From the NCBI GenBank assembly GCA_046351555.1, contig JAXLYI010000006.1, forward strand, positions 250,284 to 314,283: a stretch of 64,000 nt of DNA. The letters run 5' to 3'. Source of the stretch: Polyangiales bacterium. GTDB taxonomy: Bacteria; Myxococcota_A; Polyangia; Polyangiales; Ga0077539. The translations under genes and the position numbers were made by a program. Positions 58,723 to 64,000 of the stretch are shown here, one piece after another; within the stretch, counting starts at the first letter, position 1, and every line of letters starts with the position of its first letter. The notes under the pieces are model-generated. The model was not told the origin of the DNA and made no database searches. It saw only the letters and a list, made by a program, of their open reading frames with translations.

Positions 58723-60066
58723 CTACTGCTCCCAGGGGCGGACGCGGTTGCTCCGGCGCACCCGGCCGCGGCGCGCGCGCGGGGTCTCCTCGGCGGGCGC
58801 CGGGGGCACGACCACGGACGCGTCGGCCGCTGCGATCGCGGGCGCGGCGGGGGGCGGCGCGACAGGGGGCTGCGCCGCAACGCGCGCAGGCACCGCGGGC
58901 GGCGCGGCGGGCGGCGACGACGAGGCGCGGACGGCGACGACGGCCACCGCCGCCCCGAGCGCGACGAGGCCGAGCGCCGAGGCCCACGCGCGGAGCGGGC
59001 CGCGGGGCGGCGGCGTCGTGACGATCGTGGTGGTCGGCGAGGTGGTGTGCGCGGGCTCCGAGGTCGCCGAGACCGCGAACGACTCGCCCGACACGCGCGC
59101 CGCCGGGAGAACAGAGACGCGCTCGGGCACCGCGGCCTCCAGCGCGTCGAGGAGCTCGCCCGCGTTGGCGTAGCGGTCGGCGGGCAGGAGGGCGACGGCC
59201 TTCGCGAGCACGGGCTCCCACGCGCCGACGTCGACGCCGAAGCGCGCGGGCGTCGGCCGCGTCGGCGACATCACCCGGATCTGCAGGGTCATCTTGTCGG
59301 CGGCCTTGTAGGGCGGCGCGTCGACGAGGAGCTCGGTGAGGATGAGCCCGAGCGCGTGCACGTCCGTCCACGGGCCCGTGCGCGTGCCGCTGGCCTGCTC
59401 GGGCGAGGCGTAGCGCGGGGAGAAGGCCGGCATCGCGGAGGCCGTGCGGGTCTGGCCGCTGGCGGGGCCGTCGGACTCGTCGACCACCTTGGCGAGCCCG
59501 AAGTCGAGCAGCCGCAGCGTCGGGGTGATCGGGCGCGACGAGGTGCGCGTGGTGGTGGCCGTCGCGGTGGTCCCGAGGTCGAGCTTCGGGATCATCAGGT
59601 TGCCCGGCTTGAGGTCGCGGTGGACGACCCCGCGCTCGTGGGCGAGGGCGACGGCCTCGAGCACCGGGCGCATCAGGGCGAGGGCCTCGCGCGGCGAGCG
59701 CCCGCCGCCTCCGCGGCGCGCCGCGAGGTGCTGCGAGAGGGTCTCGCCGTCGATCCACTCCAGCGCCATCCACGGGGCCTGGAGGTCGTCGCGGAGCAGC
59801 ATCACGCCGAAGTCGGTCACCCGCACGATGCACGGGTGCTGGAGCTGCGAGACGATCCGCGCCTCCTCGAAGAACTGCCGGACGAAACCCGCGTGGAGCC
59901 TACGCGGCAGGGTCTCTGGGATCTTCAGCACCTTGAGCGCAACGGGCGCCCCGAGCACGGCGTGGCGCGCGCGGTACACGACGCCGAAGCCCCCCGTCGC
60001 GACGACGGCCTCGACGACGTACTTGTTCTCCAGCGTCAGGCCGACGAGGCCAAAGACATCTTCCAT
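58723..60066 (-). CDS. Membrane-anchored Ser/Thr protein kinase
   Basis: GGFGVVYRA, VALKVL and HRDLKPGN motifs. TM helix ALGLVALGAAVAVVAV. P/A-rich tail. An alternative start lies at 60117. Confidence 0.85.
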   Translation of the reverse strand: MEDVFGLVGLTLENKYVVEAVVATGGFGVVYRARHAVLGAPVALKVLKIPETLPRRLHAGFVRQFFEEARIVSQLQHPCIVRVTDFGVMLLRDDLQAPWMALEWIDGETLSQHLAARRGGGGRSPREALALMRPVLEAVALAHERGVVHRDLKPGNLMIPKLDLGTTATATTTRTSSRPITPTLRLLDFGLAKVVDESDGPASGQTRTASAMPAFSPRYASPEQASGTRTGPWTDVHALGLILTELLVDAPPYKAADKMTLQIRVMSPTRPTPARFGVDVGAWEPVLAKAVALLPADRYANAGELLDALEAAVPERVSVLPAARVSGESFAVSATSEPAHTTSPTTTIVTTPPPRGPLRAWASALGLVALGAAVAVVAVRASSSPPAAPPAVPARVAAQPPVAPPPAAPAIAAADASVVVPPAPAEETPRARRGRVRRSNRVRPWEQ

Positions 60067-60192
60067 GCGCGACGACTGCGCCGATGAGACACGGTCGAGT
60101 GCGCCGGCGTCAAGCACGGGTCGTCACAACACGGCGCGTCGCTCACGGTTGACGCGCCACGGCCCCGCGACGGCGTGCGAGCATCGGCCGCC

Positions 60193-61746
60193 ATGTCGAC
60201 GCGCCCCCCCGCCGACCCGTCGCTCGAACGCGCGCTCCTCGTCAACCTCGCCGTCCACGCCCTCGCGATGCTCTCGATGGCCCTGGTGCTCCTGCCGATG
60301 CTCCCCGGCGGCCCCGTCGCCGACCCGCTGGAACGAGCGCGGGCCATCGCGGCCTCCCCCTGGGCGCTCCGGCTCGGGTGGGTCCCGTGGCAGCTCTGCG
60401 CGGCCGTCGACGTGTGGATGGGCGTCGCGATGGCGCGGGCGTCGTGGCTGCCGCGGGCCGTCACCGCCCCGACGCTGCTGGTGACGTTGGCGGCGGTGAT
60501 CCCCGACCAGTGGGGCGAGACGCGCTGGCAGACGGAGCTGGTGGAGCTCGCGCGGGAGGCCGTGCGGACGGGCGACGCGGCGGCCTTCGCGGCGCGGGAG
60601 GCGCAGGCGTTCACGGCGACGGCGGCGTGGGGCGCGGGGCTCTACACGCTCGGCGCGCTCGGGTGGACGCTGGCCTTCCAGCGGGCTGGGGCGTGGTCGC
60701 GCGGGCTCTCGCTGCTCTCGGGGCCCACCTGGGCGGTGCTCGGCGCCGCGTCCGTCGCCCCGATGCTCCCGCCCGCGTGGCGCCCGCCGGGCCCGGTTGT
60801 CGGTGCGATGAACGCCCTCGGCTTCGTGTTGCTGGAAGCGTGGCTCTGGCTCGCGGCGGAGGCCGTGCTGCGCCGCGCCCGCCCCGACGCCCACGCGGGC
60901 CGCCACGCGCCCTGGCGCTACCCCGAGCGCGGCGCGGTGGGCGCGCTGTGGGACTTCGCCGCCAACAGCCGCGTGGCCGAGGCCCTCATCGAGCCGATGC
61001 CCGTGCCCCCGATGGTGAGCGACATCGGCGAGGTTCTCTACGTCAACCACCTGGTGGAGGCCGAGCGCCTCGCGCCGCTCGTCCCCGCGGGGCTCGAGCT
61101 CCAGCGCCTCGGGCCCGACGGGCGCTACGCGCTCTTCACGTGGCTCACCTTCCGCCACGGCAATTTCGGCTTCGAGTTTTTGGGGCCGCTGCGGAGGCTG
61201 CTGCCGTCGCCGGTTCAGACCAACTGGCGCATCCACGTCGTCGACCCGCGGACGGGCGTGCGGGGCATCCATTTCGTCACCAACGCGATCGACCGCGCGC
61301 CGCCCGCGCTCGCCGCCCGCCTCACCACCGAGGGGATGCCGATGCACGTGCTCCGCGCGGCCTCGCTCGAGCGCCACCCCGACGGCGCGGTCACCCTCGC
61401 GCTCGACCCCGGCGACGGCAGCGCGCCCGATGGCCGCTGCGCGCTCCGCCCCTGCCCGACGCCCGCGCTCGAGGGCCCGTGGCGCGCGTGCTGGGGCGAC
61501 TGGCGCGCCTTCCTCGACTACTGCGTCCCGCAGGACCGGGCGATGTCCACCGAGCCCTGGCTCGACCGGGTGACGCGCCACGAGATCGAGCTCGGCCTCG
61601 ACCCGGCCCGCTGCGAGCCGCTGGCCGGCGAGGTCTCTTCGAAGCGCGCCGCGGCGTACGTGGGCGACGCGCCGCCGCTGTGCTTCCGCGTGCCGGCGGT
61701 GCGCTTCCGCTACGCCGTCGAGCGCCACGACCGCCTCGGGGCGTGA
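60193..61746 (+). CDS. Hypothetical membrane protein with soluble C-terminal domain
   Basis: Multiple TM segments N-terminally. The C-terminal roughly 280 aa are hydrophilic. Normal composition. Confidence 0.45.
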   Translation: MSTRPPADPSLERALLVNLAVHALAMLSMALVLLPMLPGGPVADPLERARAIAASPWALRLGWVPWQLCAAVDVWMGVAMARASWLPRAVTAPTLLVTLAAVIPDQWGETRWQTELVELAREAVRTGDAAAFAAREAQAFTATAAWGAGLYTLGALGWTLAFQRAGAWSRGLSLLSGPTWAVLGAASVAPMLPPAWRPPGPVVGAMNALGFVLLEAWLWLAAEAVLRRARPDAHAGRHAPWRYPERGAVGALWDFAANSRVAEALIEPMPVPPMVSDIGEVLYVNHLVEAERLAPLVPAGLELQRLGPDGRYALFTWLTFRHGNFGFEFLGPLRRLLPSPVQTNWRIHVVDPRTGVRGIHFVTNAIDRAPPALAARLTTEGMPMHVLRAASLERHPDGAVTLALDPGDGSAPDGRCALRPCPTPALEGPWRACWGDWRAFLDYCVPQDRAMSTEPWLDRVTRHEIELGLDPARCEPLAGEVSSKRAAAYVGDAPPLCFRVPAVRFRYAVERHDRLGA

Positions 61747-61747
61747 C

Positions 61748-62998
61748 TCACAACGCGGTGAGCAGCGCGCTCCGCGTCGCCGGCCCCACGCCGTCGAGCA
61801 GCGGCAGGAGCTCGGCCCGGTCGACGCCGCGGACGCGGGTGAAATCGAGGTCCTCGGCGCGCTCGACGACGAGGCGCTCGGCCTCGGCGGGGTCGACGTC
61901 GGCCAGGAGGGCGATCGCGATGGGCCCCTTCCACGGCCCCCAGTACGCGTCGGGCCCGAACACCACGTCGAGCGCGAAATGCCGCCGCCACGGCGCCGGC
62001 GCGCGACGCAGCACCGCGAGCGCGTAGCCCGGCGCGGGCGAGGCCTGGTTCGCATGGTCGTCGAGGTTGAGGAAGGGCTCCGCCCGAGGCGCGCACGAGG
62101 GGTCGCGCGCCACCGCGAGCACGCCGAGGCCGTTGACGATCATGTGGCTGTGGGGCCGGTTGCGCGCCCGGGTCGCGGCCGCGGCCTCGAGGATCTCGTC
62201 CACGCTCCACGCCGCGCTCAGCGCGTGGAGCGTGGGGAAGTTCACCTGGAAGCCGCACACCTGCTCGGGCGTCATCGCGGGCGCCGCCAGCAGGATCGCG
62301 TCGGGCGACGGGTACAGCGGGAACGTCCCCGGCTGCGTCGCGACGGCGCCGTGCCCCGCGAGGAGCGCGCGGTGCGCGTCGGCGAGGTCTTCGACGAGGG
62401 CGGGGCCGAAGAGCCTTCCCGCGACGGCGACCATCGCCGCGCGGCGCGCCTCCTCGGGGTGGGCGACGCGTGTCACGACGTTGTTCTCCACGGTGAAGCC
62501 CGGCACCGTCATCCCACCGGCGGCCCAGGCGCTCGCGAGCGACGCGCGGAGCGCCGCGGAGACGCCCGGCGGGGCCACGCCCGACTCGGCGCGGGCCAGC
62601 TCGACGAGCGCGCGGACGGCGGGGTTCTCGCTCGCGGCGGCGGCGTCGAGCGCGCGTGAGTCGTCGCGCAGCGCGCGCCCGAGCATCGGGCCCACCGTGT
62701 GGTAGTTGGCCAGCGCGGAGACGTACCCCTCGGGCACCGCGCAAAGCACCTCGCACGCGAAGCGCGTCGGCACGTGGTCCGCCACCTCCCAGCCGACGAA
62801 CCACGGCGCCACCGCGGGCATCTTCCCAGCTTCGAAGGTCGCCGCGAGGGCCTCCCAGGTGCCGGGCTCGTGCAGCACCGTGCGGAGCGACGCGTAGCGC
62901 TTCGCGGCGGCCTTCTCGCCGACGTTCTTCCAGGCGGTGATCAGCTTGCGGTCGTAGGGGAGCGCGGGCTTCGGGGGCTGTGGCGGGCGCGGGGGCAT
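61748..62998 (-). CDS. Hypothetical protein
   Basis: 416-aa ORF with balanced composition, convergent with the preceding gene. No motifs recognised. Confidence 0.4.
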   Translation of the reverse strand: MPPRPPQPPKPALPYDRKLITAWKNVGEKAAAKRYASLRTVLHEPGTWEALAATFEAGKMPAVAPWFVGWEVADHVPTRFACEVLCAVPEGYVSALANYHTVGPMLGRALRDDSRALDAAAASENPAVRALVELARAESGVAPPGVSAALRASLASAWAAGGMTVPGFTVENNVVTRVAHPEEARRAAMVAVAGRLFGPALVEDLADAHRALLAGHGAVATQPGTFPLYPSPDAILLAAPAMTPEQVCGFQVNFPTLHALSAAWSVDEILEAAAATRARNRPHSHMIVNGLGVLAVARDPSCAPRAEPFLNLDDHANQASPAPGYALAVLRRAPAPWRRHFALDVVFGPDAYWGPWKGPIAIALLADVDPAEAERLVVERAEDLDFTRVRGVDRAELLPLLDGVGPATRSALLTAL

Positions 62999-63044
62999 GG
63001 CGCACCGTACCGGCGGGCGCGGCGCGGTTTCAACCCCGCGAACT

Positions 63045-63467
63045 CTACGGCTTCACGAGGGCGATGGGCTGCCCCTCGGGGACGTGCTTCATCGAGACGG
63101 AGTTGATGCAGTAGCGCAGCCCCGTGGGCGGCGGGCCGTCGGGGAAGACGTGCCCGAGGTGCCCGTCGCAGCGCGCGCAGAGCACCTCGGTGCGCATCAT
63201 CCCGTGCGATCGGTCGACCCGCTCGGCCAGCGCGTCGGGCGCCGCGGGCCGCGTGAACGACGGCCACCCGGTGCCCGACTCGAACTTCTCGCCCGAGCGG
63301 AACAGCGGGTTGCCGCAGCCCGCGCACACGAACGTGCCGGGCTCCTTGGTGCCGACGAAGCAGCCCGTCCAGGGCCGCTCGGTGCCGTGCTGGCGGAGCA
63401 CGGCGAACTCCTCGGCGCTCAGGCGCCGACGCCACTCGTCTTCGGGGAGGTTCAGCTTGTCGATCAT
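63045..63467 (-). CDS. msrB: Peptide-methionine (R)-S-oxide reductase MsrB
   Basis: Two CxxC zinc motifs (CAGCGNPLF, CARCDGHLGHVF). The catalytic RYCINS signature. Confidence 0.9.
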   Translation of the reverse strand: MIDKLNLPEDEWRRRLSAEEFAVLRQHGTERPWTGCFVGTKEPGTFVCAGCGNPLFRSGEKFESGTGWPSFTRPAAPDALAERVDRSHGMMRTEVLCARCDGHLGHVFPDGPPPTGLRYCINSVSMKHVPEGQPIALVKP

Positions 63468-63542
63468 GTGGGGGCTCGCTCCTCGTCGCGTTGGATGCGG
63501 ACGGGGGAGCCTACGCCGCGCGGGCCGCGGCGGTCACGGCGG

Positions 63543-63992
63543 TCACTGCGGGACGACGAAGTGGTAGCGGAGCCCGCCGAGGGGCAGGTCGACGCTGCCG
63601 TCGGCGTTGACGGTGGCGACGTACACCGACCCGGTGGCGGCGTTGCGGAAGTCGAAGGTCGAGGGGGCGCCCTCGCGCGCGCGGTAGGTGCCGGCGGAGA
63701 CGTGGGTCCCGCTGGCGTCGAGGTTGGCGCCGAGGTCGCGGTAGTCGTAGCGGAGTTCCCAGGTCCAGTCGGCGCGCACGGTCAGCGAGCCGGCGCTGAT
63801 CTGCCGCGAGGCGTCGGCGGTGACGCCGATGGACACCGGGACGCGCCAGGCGCCGACGCCGTCGAGCGACCACGACTGGTCGAGGGGCGTGACGGTGATG
63901 GCCGCGGCGCCGCCCTCGGCGACGTCGCCACAACCGGCGAGCGCCCCGAGGGCGAGGGAGAGGGCGAACACGAACGGACGGATGGTCTTCAT
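63543..63992 (-). CDS. Hypothetical lipoprotein
   Basis: MKTIRPFVFALSLALGALAGCG lipobox. 149 aa. Confidence 0.5.
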   Translation of the reverse strand: MKTIRPFVFALSLALGALAGCGDVAEGGAAAITVTPLDQSWSLDGVGAWRVPVSIGVTADASRQISAGSLTVRADWTWELRYDYRDLGANLDASGTHVSAGTYRAREGAPSTFDFRNAATGSVYVATVNADGSVDLPLGGLRYHFVVPQ

Positions 63993-64000
63993 GGGCGGTG

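Noticed and set aside
54873-60087. ORFs 54873..57107 (+) and 57604..60087 (+)
   Set aside because: Antisense of the hydrolase, Cys-rich, poly-Pro and kinase genes, with low-complexity A/S/P/R composition.

Overview
This window is about 72% GC and densely coded on both strands. The content (myxo-type Cys-rich repeat proteins, many lipoproteins, a Ser/Thr kinase, a sigma-54 activator, PAS/GAF hybrid kinase) fits a Myxococcota-like chromosome. I support roughly 50 protein-coding genes. I found no rRNA, tRNA, CRISPR array, transposase or integrase.

Recognisable genes include:
- a partial HelD/UvrD-like helicase
- a PrsW protease
- a DUF1592-type di-heme protein with a Tat-secreted partner
- an SNF2 helicase overlapping a SWIM zinc-finger protein that has a histone-H1-like tail
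- a quinone oxidoreductase
- an EF-G paralog
- a GatB/YqeY protein
- two GNAT-fold proteins
- a KaiC/RecA-like ATPase
- a HIBADH-family dehydrogenase
- TatT plus DctP without the membrane subunits
- a large PAS/GAF hybrid histidine kinase followed by a WD40-like protein
- a phosphoesterase (AcpA/PLC family)
- AraC and TetR regulators
- a standalone Rnl-type RNA ligase
- a roughly 1200-aa AAA/TPR/sigma-54 activator
- a fatty-acid hydroxylase
- an orphan ParB
- an RCC1-repeat protein
- an alpha/beta hydrolase
- a Ser/Thr kinase operon with a poly-proline protein and a Cys-rich repeat protein
- MsrB

The observations most worth following up are:
- a translationally coupled GNAT / small ORF / KaiC-like trio next to the EF-G paralog and YqeY
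- the RNA ligase locus
- the SNF2–SWIM pair
- two apparent single-base frameshifts, both in C/G homopolymers
- a long lower-GC intergenic stretch with 22-bp direct repeats upstream of the orphan ParB

Many long ORFs in the six-frame track are GC-driven antisense or alternate-frame artefacts and were rejected.
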